DNA from: the human T2T-CHM13v2.0 reference genome, Homo sapiens
Assembly (NCBI RefSeq): GCF_009914755.1
Contig: NC_060933.1
Length of the DNA stretch: 64,000 nt
Strand: one strand, 5' to 3'
This document shows positions 1-14,500 of the stretch, one piece after another (within the stretch, counting starts at the first letter, position 1; each line of letters opens with the position of its first letter). Under the pieces are notes generated by a model that saw only the letters and a list, made by a program, of their open reading frames with translations, had not been told where the DNA came from and made no database searches. Position numbers and translations under genes: made by a program.

Positions 1-430
1 ATGATTCCATTCCATTGCATTCCATTCCATTCCATTCTCCTGTACTCGGGTTGATTCCATTCAATTCCATTCCAATCCATGCCACTCCACTCGTGTTGAT
101 TCCATTCTTTCCATTCCATTCAAGTTGAATCCATTCCATTGCATTCCATTCCATTCGATTCCATTCGATTGCAGTCGGGTTGATTCCATTCCATTGCATT
201 CCATTCCATTCCATTGAATTCCATTCCATTCCATTCCGTTCCATTCCATTCCATTCCATTCCTTTCCGTTCCATTCCATTCCATTCCATTCCATTCTTTC
301 GGGTTAATTCCATTCCATTCCATTCGATTGCAATCGAGTTGATTCCATTCCATTCCATTCCATTCCTTTCCATTCCATTCCATTCCTTTCCATTCCATTA
401 CGGATGATTCCATTCCATTTCATTCCATTC

Positions 431-588
431 CATTCCATTCCCCTGTACTCGGGTTGATTCCATTCCATTCCATTCCAATCCATGCCATTCCACTCGTGTT
501 GATTCCATTCTTTCCATTCCATTCAAGTTGAATCCCTTCCATTGCATTCCATTCCATTCGATTCCATTCGATTGCACTCGGGTTGATT
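431..588 (+). repeat. pHuR98-like SatIII module (representative copy; related copies near 1290, 7345, 26315, 30405, 33550, 39530, 55790, 59630, 62890)
   Basis: CCTGTACTCGGGTTG...CCAATCCATGCCATTCCACTCGTGTTGATTCCATTCTTTCC...CAAGTTGAATCC...CGATTGCACTCGGGTTGATT is seen directly. Its identity with the chr9 probe pHuR98 is recalled from memory and not verified by alignment. Confidence 0.65.
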
Positions 589-3500
589 CCATTCAATTGC
601 ATTCCATTCCATTCCATTCCATTCCATTCCATTCCATTCCGTTCCATTCCATTTCATTACATTCAGATTTATTCTATTCAATTCCCTTACACTCCATTAT
701 ATTCCAATCCATTCTGGTTGTTTCCATTCCATTCCATTCCATTTCACTCGTGTTGATTCCATTCCTTTCCATTCCATTCGGTTTGAAGCCATTCCATTCC
801 ATTCAATTCCACTCCATTCCATTCCATTCCATTCCATTCCATTCCATTCCATTCCATTCCATTGTACTCGGGTTGATTCCATTCCATTGCATTCCATTCC
901 ATTCCATTCCATTCCGTTCCATTCCATTCCATTCCATTACATTCGGATTGATTCTATTCAACTCCGTTACTCTCCATTACATTCCATTCCATTCTGGTTG
1001 TTCCATTCCATTCCATTCCATTCCACTCCATTCCATTGCACTCGGGTTGATTCCATTCCATTCCATTCCATTCCATTCCATTCCATTCCATTCCATTCCG
1101 GATGATTCCATTCCATTGCATTCCGTTCCATTACATTACCCTGAACTCGCGTTGATTCCATTCCATTGCATTCCACTCCATACCATTCCATTGCATTCCA
1201 TTCCATTCCATTCCATTCCATTCCATTCCATTCCATTCCATTCCATTCCATTCCATTCCGGATGATTCCATTCCATTGCATTCCATTCCATTCCATTCCC
1301 CTGTACTCGGGTTGATTCCATTCCATTCCATTCCAATCCATGCCATTCCACTCGTGTTGATTCCATTCTTTCCATTCCATTCAAGTTGAATCCATTCCAT
1401 TACATTCCATTCCATTCGATTCCATTCGATTGCACTCGGGTTGATTCCATTCCATTGCATTCCATCCCATTCCATTCCATTGCATTCCATTCCATTCCGT
1501 TCCATTCCATTCCATTACGTTCGGATTGATTCTTTTCAACTCCTTTACTCTCCATTACATTACATTCCTTTCGGGTTGTTCCATTCCATTCCATTCCATT
1601 CCAATCCATTCCATTGCACTCAGGTTGATTCCATTCCATTCCATTCCATTCCATTCCGGATGATTCCATTCCATTGCATTCAGTTCCTTTACATTCCCCT
1701 GCATTCGGGTTGATTCCATTCCATTCCATTCCATTCCATTCCATTCCATTCCTTTCCGTTCCATTCCATTCCATTCCATTCCATTCCGTTCCATTCCGTT
1801 CCGTTCCATTCCATTCCATTCCATTCTATTCGGGTTAATTCCATTCCATTCCATTCGATTACAATTGAGTTGATGCCATTTCATTCCATTCGATTCCATT
1901 CCATTCCATTCCATTCCATTCCATTCCTTTCCATTCCATTACGGATGATTCCATTCCATTGCATTCCATTCCATTCTATTCCCCTGTACTCGGGTTGATT
2001 CCATTCAATTCCATTCCAATCCATGCCACTCCACTCGTGTTGATTCCATTCTTTCCATTCCATTCAAGTTGAATCCATTCCATTGCATTCCATTCCATTC
2101 GATTCCATTCGATTGCAGTCGGGTTGATTCCATTCCATTGCATTCCATTCCATTCCATTCAATTCCATTCCATTCCATTCCGTTCCATTCCATTTCATTA
2201 CATTCATATTGATTCTATTCAATTCCCTTACACTCCATTATATTCCAATCCATTCTGGTTGTTTCCATTCCATTCCATTCCATTTCACTTGTGTTGATTC
2301 CATTCCTTTCCATTCCATTCGGTTTGAAGCCATTCCATTCCATTCAATTCCACTCCATTCCATTCCATTCCATTCCATTCCATTCCATTCCATTCCATTC
2401 CATTGTACTCGGGTTGATTCCATTCCATTGCATTCCGTTCCGTTCCATTCCATTCCATTCTATTCGGGTTAATTCCATTCCATTCCATTCGATTGCAATC
2501 GAGTTAATTCCATTCCATTCCATTCCATTCCACTCCATTCCATTCCTTTCCATTCCATTACGGATGATTCCATTCCATTGCATTCCATTCCATTCCATTC
2601 CCCTGTACTCGGGTTGATTCCATTCCATTCCATTCCATTCCATTCCGTAAGATTCCATTCCATTGCATTCCATTCCAATCCATTCCCCTGCACTCACGTT
2701 GATTCCATTCCATTCCATTCCATTCCATTCCGTTCCGTTCCATTCCGTTCCATTCCATTCCATTCCATTCCGTTCCGTTCCATTCCATTCCATTCCATTC
2801 CATTCCTTTCCATTCCATTCCATTCCATTCCATTCGGATTCATTCTATTCAATTCCCTTACACTCCATTACATTACATTGCATTCGGGTAGTTTCCATTC
2901 CATTCCATTCCATTCCTCTCCATTCCATTGCACTCGGGTTGATTCCATTCCATTCCATTCCATTCCATTCCATTCCATTCCGGGTGATTCCATTCCATGG
3001 AATTCCATTCCTTTCCATTCCCCTGCACTTGGGTTGATTCCATTCCATTCCATTCCATTCCATTCCTTTCTGTTCCATTCCATTCCATTCAATTCCATTC
3101 CCTTCCATTCTATTCGTGTTAATTCCATTCCATTCTATTCCATTCCATTCCATTGAAATCGAGTTGATTCCCTTCCATTCCATTCCATTCCATTCCATTC
3201 CGTTCCGTTCCGTTCCGTTCCATTCCATTCCATTCCATTCCATTCTATTCGCGTTAATTCCATTCCATTCCACTCGATTGCAATCGAGTTGATTCCATTC
3301 CATTCCATTCCATTCCATTCCATTCCATTCCATTCCTTTCCATTACATTATGGATGATTCCATTCCATTGCATTCCATTCCATTCCATTCCCTTGTACTC
3401 GGGTTGATTCCATTCCATTCCATTCCATTCCATGCCATTCCACTCGTGTTGATTCCATTCTTTACATTCCATTCAAGTTGAATCCATTCCATTGCATTCC

Positions 3501-3949
3501 ATTCCATTCGATTCCATTTGATTGCAGTCGGGTTGATTCCATTCCATTGCATTCCATTCCATTCCATTCCATTCCATTCCATTCCATTCCATTCCGTTCC
3601 ATTCCCTTCCATTCCATTCTATTCGGGTTAATTCCATTCCATTCCATTCGGTTCCATTCAAATTCCATTCCACTCCATTCCAATCGAGTTGATTCCATTC
3701 CATTCCGTTCCATTCCATTCCACTCCATTCCAGTCCTTTACATTCCATTCCACTCGGGTTGATTCCATTCTATTCATTTCCATTCCATTCCATTCCATTG
3801 CAATCGAGTTGATTCGATTGCTTTGCATTCCATTCTATTCCATTCCATTCCGGATGATTCCATTCCATTGCATTCCATTCCATTCCATTCCCCTGCACTC
3901 GGGTTGATTCCATTCCATTCCACTCCATTCCGTTACATTCCATTCCATT

Positions 3950-6900
3950 CCATTGTATTCGGGTTAATTCCATTCCATTCCATTCCATTCCATTCCATTC
4001 CATTCCATTCCATTACAATCGAGTTGATTCCATTCCATTCCATTCCATTCCATTCCATTCCATTCCATTCCATTCCTTTCCATTCCATTCCACTCGGGTT
4101 GATTCCATTCTATTAGTTTCCATTCAATTCCATTCCTTTCCATTCCACTCTGGTTGATTCCATTCCTTTCCATTCCACTCGGATACATTCCCTCCTATTC
4201 CACTCGGAACGATTCCATTCCATTCCATTCCATTCCAATCCGTTCCATTCCATTCCATTTCGTTCCATTCCATTCTATTCCGTACCATTCCATTCCATTC
4301 CATTCCATTCCATTCCACTCGTGTTGATTCCATTCCTTTCCATTCCATTCGGTTTGAAGCCACTCCATTCCATTCAAATCCACTCCATTCCATTCCATTC
4401 CATTCCACTCCATTCCATTGCACTCGGGTTGATTCCATTCCATTCAATTCCATTCCATTCCATTCCGGATGATTCCATTCCATTGCATTCCGTTCCATTA
4501 CATTCCGCTGCACTCGCGTTGATTCCATTCCATTCCATTCCATTCCATACCATTCCATTCCTTTCCATTCCATTCCATTCCATTCCATTCCATTCCGGAT
4601 GATTCCATTCCATTGCATTCCATTCCATTCCATTCCCCTCTACTCGGGTTGATTCCATTCCATTCCATTCCACTCCATGCCATTCCACTCGTGTTGATTC
4701 CATTATTTCCATTTCATTCAAGTTGAATCCATTCCATTGCATTCCATTCCATTCGATTCCATTCGATTGCACTCTTGTTGATTCCATTCCATTGCATTCC
4801 ATCCCATTCCATTCCATTCCATTCCGTTCCATTACATTCCATTACATTCGGATTGATTCTTTTCAACTCCCTTACTCTCCATTTCATTCCATTCCATTCG
4901 GGTTGTTCCATTCCATTCCATTCCATTCCACTCCATTCCATTGCACTCAGGTTGATTCCATTCCATTCCATTCCATTCCGGATGATTCCTTTCCATTGCA
5001 TTCAGTTCCATTACATTCCCCTGCACTCGGCTTGATTCCATTCCATTCCATTCCATTCCATTCGATTCCATTCCATTCCCCTGCACTCGCGTTGATTCCA
5101 TTCCATTCCATTCCATTCCATTCCATTCCATTCCGTTCCATTCCTTTCCGTTCCATTCCATTCCATTCCATTGCATTCCGTTCCGTTCCATTCCATTCCA
5201 TTCCATTCTATTCGGGTTAATTCCATTCCATTCCATTCGATTGCAATCGAGTTGATTCCATTCCCTTCCATTCCATTACATTCCATTCCTTTCCATTCCC
5301 TTATGGATGATTCCATTCCATTGCATTCCATTCCATTCCATTCCCCTGTACTCGGGTTGATTCCATTCCATTCCATTCCAATCCATGCCATTCCACTCGT
5401 GTTGATTCCATTCTTTCCATTCCATTCAAGTTGAATCCATTCCTTTCCATTCCATTCCATTCGATTCCATTCCATTGCACTCGGGTTAATTCCATTCCAT
5501 TCTATTCCATTCCATTCCGGATGATTCCATTCCTTTGTATTCCATTCCATTCCATTCCCCTGCACTCAGGTTGATTCCATTCCATTCCATTATATTACAT
5601 TCCGTTCCATTCCATTCCATTCCATTCGGATTGATTCTATTCAATTCCCTTACACTCCATTACATTCCATTCCATTCGGGTAGTTTCCATTCCTTTCCAT
5701 TCCACTCCTCTCTATTCCATTGCACTCGGGTTGATTCCATTCCATTCCATTCCATTCCATTCCATTCCATTCCATTCCATTCCCTTCCATTGTACTCGGG
5801 TTGATTCCATTCCATTCCATTCCATTCCATTCCATTCCATTCCATTCCATTCCATTCCGTTCCATTCCATTACATTACATTCGGATTGATTCTATTCAAC
5901 TCCCTTACTCTCCATTACATTCCATTCCATTCGGGTTGTTCCATTCCATTCCATTCCATTCCACTCCATTCCATTGCACTCGGGTTGGTTCCATTCCATT
6001 CCATTCCATTCCGTTCCATTCCATTCCATTCCATTCCATCCCGGATGATTCCATTCCATTGCATTCCATTCCATTACATTCCCCTGCACTCCAGTTGATT
6101 CCATTCTATTCCATTCGATTCCATTCGATTCCATTCCATTCCAATTCGTTCCATTCCAATCTATTCCGTACCATTCCATTAAATTCCATACCATTCCATT
6201 CCATTCCATTCCATTCCATACCATTCCATTCCATTCCCTTCCATTCCATTCCATTCCATTCTATTCGGGTTAATTCCATTCCATTCCATTCCATTCCATT
6301 CTATTCCCTTCCATTGCAATCGAGTTGAATCCATTGCATTCCATTCCATTCCATTCCATTCCATTCCGGAAGATTCCATTCCATTGCAATCCATTCCATT
6401 CCATTCCCCTGCACTCGGGTTGATTCCATTCCATTCCATTCCATTCCATTCCATTCCGTTCCGTTCCTTTCCATTCCATTCCATTCCATTCCATGCCATT
6501 CCGTTCCGTTCCGTTCCGTTCCATTCCATTCCATTCTATTTGGGTTAATTCCATTCCATTCCACTCGATTGCAATCGAGTTAATTCCATTCCATTCCATT
6601 CCATTCCATTCCATTCCTTTCCATTCCATTACGGATGATTCCATTCCATTGCATTACATTCCATTCCATTCCCTTGTACTCGGGTTGATTCCATTCCATT
6701 CCATTCCATTCCATTCTATTCCATTCCATTACATTCGGATTGATTCTATTCAACTCCCTTACTCTCCATTACATTCCATTCCATTCGCGTTGTTCCATTC
6801 CATTCCATTCCATTCCACTCCATTCCATTGCACTCGGGTTGATTCCATTCCATTCCATTCCATTCCATTCCGGATGATTCCATTCCATTCCATTCCGTTC

Positions 6901-9900
6901 CATTCCGTTCCATTCCGTTCCATTGCATTCCATTCCATTCTATTCGGGTTAATTCCATTCCATTCCATTGCATTCCATTCTATTCCATTCCATTGCATTC
7001 GAGATGAATCCATTGCATTTCATTCCATTCCATTCCATTCCGGAAGATTCCATTCCATTGCATTCCATTCCATTCCATTCCCCTGCACTCGCGTTGATTC
7101 CATTCCATTCCATTCCATTCCATTCCATTCCATTCCGTTCCGTTCCGTTCCGTTCCATTCCATTCCATTCCATTCCATTCCATTCCGTACCGTTCCATTC
7201 CATTGCATTCCATTCTGTTCGGGTTAATTCCATTCCATTCCATTCGATTGCAATCGAGTTGATTCCATTCCATTCCATTCCATTGCATTCCATTCTATTC
7301 CTTTCCATTCCATTACGGATGATTCCATTCCATTGCATTCCATTCCATTCCATTCCCCTGTACTCGGGTTGATTCCATTCCATTCCATTCCAATCCATGC
7401 CATTCCACTCGTGTTGATTCCATTCTTTCCATTCCATTCAAGTTGAATCCATTCCATTGCATTCCATTGCATTCGATTCCATTGGATTGCACTCGGGTTG
7501 ATTCCATTCCATTGCATTCCATTCCATTCCATTCCATTCCATTCCGTTCCATTCCATTCCATTACATTCGGATTGATTCTATTCAATTCCCTTACACTTC
7601 ATTACATTCCATTACATTCGGGTAGTTTCCATTCCATTCCATTCCATTCCTCTCCATTCCATTGCACTCGGGTTGATTCCATTCCATTGCATTCCATTCC
7701 ATTCCATTCCATTCCATTCTATTCCATTCCATTCCATTCCATTGTACTCAGGTTTATTCCATTCCATTGCATTCCATTCCATTCCATTCCGTTCCATTCC
7801 ATTCCATTACATTCGGGTTGATTCTATTCAACTCCCTTACTCTCCATTACTTTCCATTCCATTCGTGTTGTTCCATTCCATTCCATTCCATTCCACTCCA
7901 CTCCATTGCACTCGGGTTGATTCCATTCCATTCCATTCCAATCCATCCCGGATGATTCCATTCCATTGCATTCCGTTCCATTACATTCCCCTGCACTCGG
8001 GTTGATTCCATTCCATTCCATTCCATTCCATTCCATACCTTTCCATTCTATTCCATTCCATTCCAATTCTTTCCATTCCATTCTATTCTGTAGCATTCCA
8101 TTCCATTCCATACAATTCCATTCCATTCCATTCCATTCCATTCCATTCCATTCCATTCCGTTCCATTCTGTTCCGTTCCGTTCCGTTCCATTCCATTCCA
8201 TTCCATTCTATTCGGGTTAATTCCATTCCATTCCATTCCATTCCATTCCATTCCATTCTATTCCATTCCATTGCAATCCAGTTGAATCCATTGCATTCCA
8301 TTCCATTCCCTTCCATTCCATTCCGGAAGATTCCATTCCATTGCATTCCATTCCATTCCATTCCCCTGCACTCGCGTTGATTCCATTCCATTCCATTCCA
8401 TTCCATTCCATTCCATTCCATTCCTTTCCGTTCCATTCCATTCCATTCCATTCCATTCCATTCCGTTCCGTTCCATTCCATTCCATTCCATTCTATTCGG
8501 GTTAATTCCATTCCATTCCATTCGATTAAAATCGAGTTGATTCCATTCCATTCCATTCCATTCCATTCCATTCCATTCCTTTCCGTTCCATTACGTATGA
8601 TTCCATTCCATTGCATTCCATTCCATTCCATTCCCCTGCACTCGGGTTGATTCCATTCCATTCCACTCCATTCTTTCCGTTCCATTCCATTCCATTCCAT
8701 TCCTTTCTATTCGTGTTAATTCCATTCCATTATATTCCATTCCATTCCATTGAAATCGAGTTGATTCCATTCCATTCCATTCCATTCCATTCCATTCCAT
8801 TCCATTCCATTCCGGATTATTCCATTCCGTCGCATTCCATTCGATTCCATTCCCCTGCACTCGGGTTGATTCCATTCCATTCCATTCCATTCCATTCCAT
8901 TCCATTCCATTCCATTCCATTCTATTTGGGTTAATTCCATTCCATTCCATTCCATTCCATTCCATTCCATTCCATTTCAATAGAGTTGATTCCATTCCAT
9001 TCCATTCCATTCCAATCGATTTGATTCCATTCCATTCCATTCCATTCCACTCCATTCCAGTCCTTTCCTTTCCATTCCACTCGGGTTGATTCCATTCTAT
9101 TCCTTTCCATTCCATTCCATTCCATTGCAATCGAGTTGATTCTTTTCGAGTTGAATCCATTCCTTTCCATTCCATTCCATTACATTGCACACGGGTCCAT
9201 TCCATTCCATTCCATTCCATTCCATTCCATTCCATTCCATTTCATTCCATTCCATTCTATTCCGTACCATTCCATTCCATCCCATTCCATTCCATTCCAT
9301 TCCATGCCATTACACTCGGGTTGATTCCATTCCTTTCCATTTCATTCTTGTTGAATCCATTCCATTCCATTCCATTCGATTCCATTCCATTGCACTCGGG
9401 TTGATTCCATTCCATTCCATTCCATTCCATTTCATTCCATTCCATTCCATTACATTCGGATTGATTCTATTCAATTCCCTTACACTCCATTACATTCCAT
9501 TCCATTCGGGATGTTTCCATTCCATTCCATTCCATTCCACTCCATTCCATTGCACTCGGGTTGATTCCATTCCATTCCTTTCCATTCCATTCCATTCCCC
9601 TGCACTCGGATTGATTACATTCCATTCCCTTCACTTCTATTCCTTTCCATTCCATTCCATTCCATTCCATTCCATTGCAATCGAGTTGATTCCATTCCAT
9701 TCCATTCCATTCCGTTCCAGATGATTCCATTCCATTGCATTCCATTCCATTCCATTCCCCTGAACTCGGGTTGATTCCTTTCCATTCCATTCCATTCCAT
9801 TCCATTCTATTCCATTCCGTTCCATTCCATTCCATTCCATTCTATTCGGGTTAATTCCATTCCATTCCATTGCATTCCATTCCAATCGAGTTGATTCCGT

Positions 9901-10780
9901 TCCATTCCATTCCATTCCACTCCATTCCAGTCCTTTCCATTCCATTCCACTCGGGTTGATTCCATTCTATTCCTTTCCATTCCATTCCATTGCAATCGAG
10001 TTGATTCCATTGCATTGCATTCCATTGCATTCCATTCCATTCCGGATGATTCCATTCCATTGCATTCCTTTCCATTCCATTCCCCTGCACTAGGGTTGAT
10101 TTCATTCCATTCCACTCCATTCCGTTCCATTCCATTCCACTGCGTTGTATTCGGGTTAATTCCATTCCATTCCATTCCGTTCCATTAGAATCGAGTTGAT
10201 TCCATTCCATTCAATTCTATTCCAATCCATTCCATTCCATTCCTTTCCATTCCATTCCACTCGGGTTGATTCCATTCTATTAGTTTCCATTCCATTCCAT
10301 TCCCTTCCATTCCACTCTGGTTGATTCCACTCCTTTCCATTCCACTCGAATACATTCCCTCCTAATCCACTCGGAACAATTCCATTCCATTCCATTGCAT
10401 TCCATTCCATTTCGTTCCATTCCATTCTATTCCATACCATTCCATTCCATTCCATTCCATTCCATTCCATTCCATTCCATTCCATTCCACTCGTGTTGAT
10501 TCCATTCCTTTCCATTCCATTCGGTTTGAAGCCATTCCATTCAATTCCATTCCATTGCATTCCATTCCATTCCATTCAATTCCATTCCGTTCCATTCCAT
10601 TCCATTCCATTCGGATTGATTCTATTCAACTCACTTACTTTCAATTACATTCCATTCCATTCGGATTGATTTTATTCAACTCCCTTACTCTCCATTACAT
10701 TACATTCCATTCGGGTTGTTCCATTCCATTCCATTCCATTCCACTCCATTCCATTGCACTCGGGTTGATTCCATTCCATT
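3950..10780 (+). repeat. ~6.8 kb dispersed direct duplication, copy 1 (partner ~22918-29750)
   Basis: Shared rare variants and ORF-track pairs at a near-constant offset of ~18968 (4124/23092, 4723/23691, 5535/24503, 7224/26192, 9807/28775, 10362/29330). Confidence 0.93.
6363..6377. promoter_or_regulatory. Perfect three-unit heat-shock element match (first of ~29 in the window)
   Basis: ATTCCGGAAGATTCC = nTTCn-nGAAn-nTTCn, the canonical HSF trimer site. This is a motif match only, and occupancy is not shown. Confidence 0.55.
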
Positions 10781-11515
10781 CCATTCCATTGCATTCCATT
10801 CCATTCCATTCCATTCCATTCCATTCCATTCCATTCCATTCCATTCCATTCCATTTCGTTCCATTCCATTCTATTCCGTATCATTCCATTCCATTCCATT
10901 CCATTCCATTCCATTCCATTCCATTCCATTCTACTCGGGTTGATTCCATTCCTTTCCATTCCATTCGGTTTGCAGGCATTCCCATCCATTCAATTCCACT
11001 CCATTCCATTCCATTCCATTCCATTCCATTCCATTCCATTCCATTCCTTTCCATTCCATTGTACTCGGGTTGATTCCATGCCATTCCATTCCATTCCATT
11101 CCATTCCATTCCATTCCATTCAGTTGCATTCCATTCCATTACATTCGGATTGATTCTATTCAACTCCCTTACTCTCCATTCCATTCGGGTTGTTCCATTC
11201 CATTCCATTCCACTCCACTCCATTCCATTGCACTAGGGTTGATTCCATTCCATTCCATTCCATTCCATTCCGGATGATTCCATTCCATTGCATTCCGTTC
11301 CATTACATTCCCCTGCACTCGCGTTGATTCCATTCCATTCCATTCCATTCCATTCAATTCCATTCCATTACAATTCGTTCCATTCCATTCTATTCCGTAT
11401 CATTCCATTCCATTCCATACCATTCCATTCCATTCCATTCCATTCCATTGTATTTGGGTTAATTCCATTCCATTCCATTCCATTCCATTCCATTCCATTC
11501 CATTACAATCGAGTT

Positions 11516-14500
11516 GATTCCATTCCATTCCATTCCATTCCATTCCATTCCATTCCAGTCCTTTCCATTCCATTCCACTCGGGTTGATTCCATTCTATTA
11601 GTTTCCATTCCATTCCATTCCCTTCCATTCCACTCTGGTTGATTCCATTCCTTTCCAATCCACTCGAATACATTCCCTCCTATTCCACTCGGAACGATTC
11701 CATTCCATTGCATTCCATTCCATTCCATTCCATTCCATTCCATTCCATTCCATTTCTTTCCATTCCATTCTATTCCATACCATTCCATTCCATTCCATTC
11801 CATTCCATTCCATTCCATTCCATTCCACTCGTGTTGATTCCATTCCTTTCCATTCCATTCGGTTTGAAGCCTTTCCATTCCATTCCATTCCATTCCATTC
11901 CATTCCATTCCATTCCATTGTACTCGGGTTGATTCCATTCCATTGCATTCCATTCCATTCCATTCCATTCGGATTGATTCTATTCAACTCCCTTACTGTC
12001 CATTACATTCCATTCCATTCGGGTTGTTCCATTCCATTCCATTCCATTCCATTCCATTCCATTCCATTCCATTGTACTCGGGTTGATTCCATTCCATTGC
12101 ATTCCATTCCATTCCATTACATTCGGATTGATTCTATTCAACTCCCTTACTCTCCATTACATTCCATTCCATTCGGGTTGTTCCATTCCATTCCATTCCA
12201 TTCCACTCCATTCCATTGCACTCGGGTTGTTCCATTCCATTCCATTCCATTCCACTCCATTCCATTGCACTCGGGTTGATTCCATTCCATTCCATTCCAT
12301 TCCGGATGATTCCTTTCCATTACTTTCCCTTCCATTACATAACCCTGCACTCGCGTTGATTCCATTCCATTCCATTCCATTCCACACCATTCCATTCCAT
12401 TCCGTTCCATTCCGTTCCATTCCATTCCATTCTATTCGGGTTAATTCCATTCCATTCCATTCCATTCCATTCTATTCCATTCCATTGCATTCCATTCCAT
12501 TCCATTCCCCTTCACTCGCGTTGATTCCATTCCATTCCATTCCATTCCATTCCATTCCACTCCATTCCATTCCTTTTCGTTCCATTCCATTCCATTCCAT
12601 TGCATTCCATTCCATTCCATTCCGTTCCATTCCGTTCCATTCCATTCCATTCCATTCTATTCGGGTTATTTCCATTCCAATCCATTCGATTGCAATCGAG
12701 TTGATTCCATTCCATTCCATTGCATTCCATTCCATTCCTTTCCATTCCATTACGGATGATTCCATTCCATTGCATTCCATTCCATTCCATTCCGCTGTAC
12801 TCGGGTTGATTCCATTCCATTCCATTCCAATCCATGCCATTCCACTCGTGTTGATTCCATTCTTTCTATTCCATTCAAGTTGAATCCATTCCTTTGCATT
12901 CCATTCCATTCCATTCCCCTGCAGTCGGGTTGATTCCATTCCATTCCATTCCATTCCATTCCATTCCATTCCATTCCATTCCATTCCGTTCCATTCCATT
13001 CCATTCCATTCCATTCTAGTCGGGTTAATTCCATTCCATTCCATTCCATTCCATTCCATTCCATTCCAATCGAGTTGATTCCATTCCATTCCGTTCCATT
13101 TCTTTCCATTCCACTCCATTCCCGTCCTTTCCATTCCATTCCACTCGGGTTGATTCCATTGTATTCCTTTCCATTCCATTCCATTCAATTGCAATCGAGT
13201 TGATTCCATTGCTTTGCATTCCATTCCATTCCATTCCATTCCAGATAATTCCATTCCATTGCATTCCATTCCATTCCATTCCCCTGCACTCGGGTTGCTT
13301 CCATTCCATTCCACTCCATTCCGTTCCATTCCATTCCATTCCATTCTATTCGGGTTAATTCCATTCCATTCCATTCCATTCCATTCCATTCCATTCCAAT
13401 CCATTACAATCGAGTTGATTCCATTCCATTCCATTCCATTCCATTCCATTCCATTCCAGTCCTTTCCATTCCATTCCAATCGGGTTGATTCCATTCTATT
13501 AGTTTCCGTTCCATTCCATTCCCTTCCATTCCACTCTGGTTGATTCCATTCCTTTCCATTCCACTCGAATACATTCCCTCCTATTCCACTCGGAACGATT
13601 CCATAGCATTCCATTCCATTCCATTCCATTCCATTCCATTTCGTTCCATTCCATTCTATTCCATACCATTCCATTCCATTCCATTCAATTCCATTCCATT
13701 CCACTGCTGTTGATTCCATTCCTTTCCATTCCATTCGGTTTGAAGGCATTCCATTCCATTCAATTCCATTCCATTCCATTCCATTCCATTCCATTCCATT
13801 CCATTCCATTGTACTCGGGTTGATTCCATTCCATTGCATTCCATTCCATTCCATTCCATTCCATTCCGTTGCATTCCATTCCATTACATTCGGAATGATT
13901 CTATTCAACTCCCTTACTCTCCATTACATTCCATTCCATTCGGGTTGTTCCATTCCATTCCATTCCATTCCACTCCATTCCATTGCACTCGGATTGATTC
14001 CATTCCATTCCATTCCATTCCATTCCATTCCGGATGATTCCATTCCAATGCATTCCGTTCCATTACATTCCCCTGCACTCGCTTTGATTCCATTCCATTC
14101 CATTTCATTCCATTCGATTCTAATCCGTACCATTCAATTCCATTCCATTCCATGCCATTCCATTCCATTCCAGTCCATGCCATTCCACTCGGGTTGATTT
14201 CATTCCTTTCCATTCCATTCGAGTTGTATCCTTTCCATTCCATTCCATTCCATTCGATTCCATTCCATTGCACACGGGTTCATTCCATTCCATTCCATTC
14301 CATTCCATAACATTCCATTCCATTCCATTTCGTTCCATTCCATTCTATTCCGTACCATTCCATTCCATTCCATTCCATTCCTGTCCATTCCATGCCATTC
14401 CACTCGGGTTGATTCCATTCCTTTCCATTCCATTTGGGTTGAATCCATTCCATTCCATTCCATTCCATTCGATTCCATTACATTACACTCGGGTTGATTC

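Noticed and set aside
13885-13902. Other GAA-containing landmarks (ATTCGGAATGATTC, CTCGGAACGATTC, GTTGAATCC, GAATTC) as HSEs
   Set aside because: The TTC-to-GAA spacing is not the required 2 nt, so these were excluded from the HSE count.
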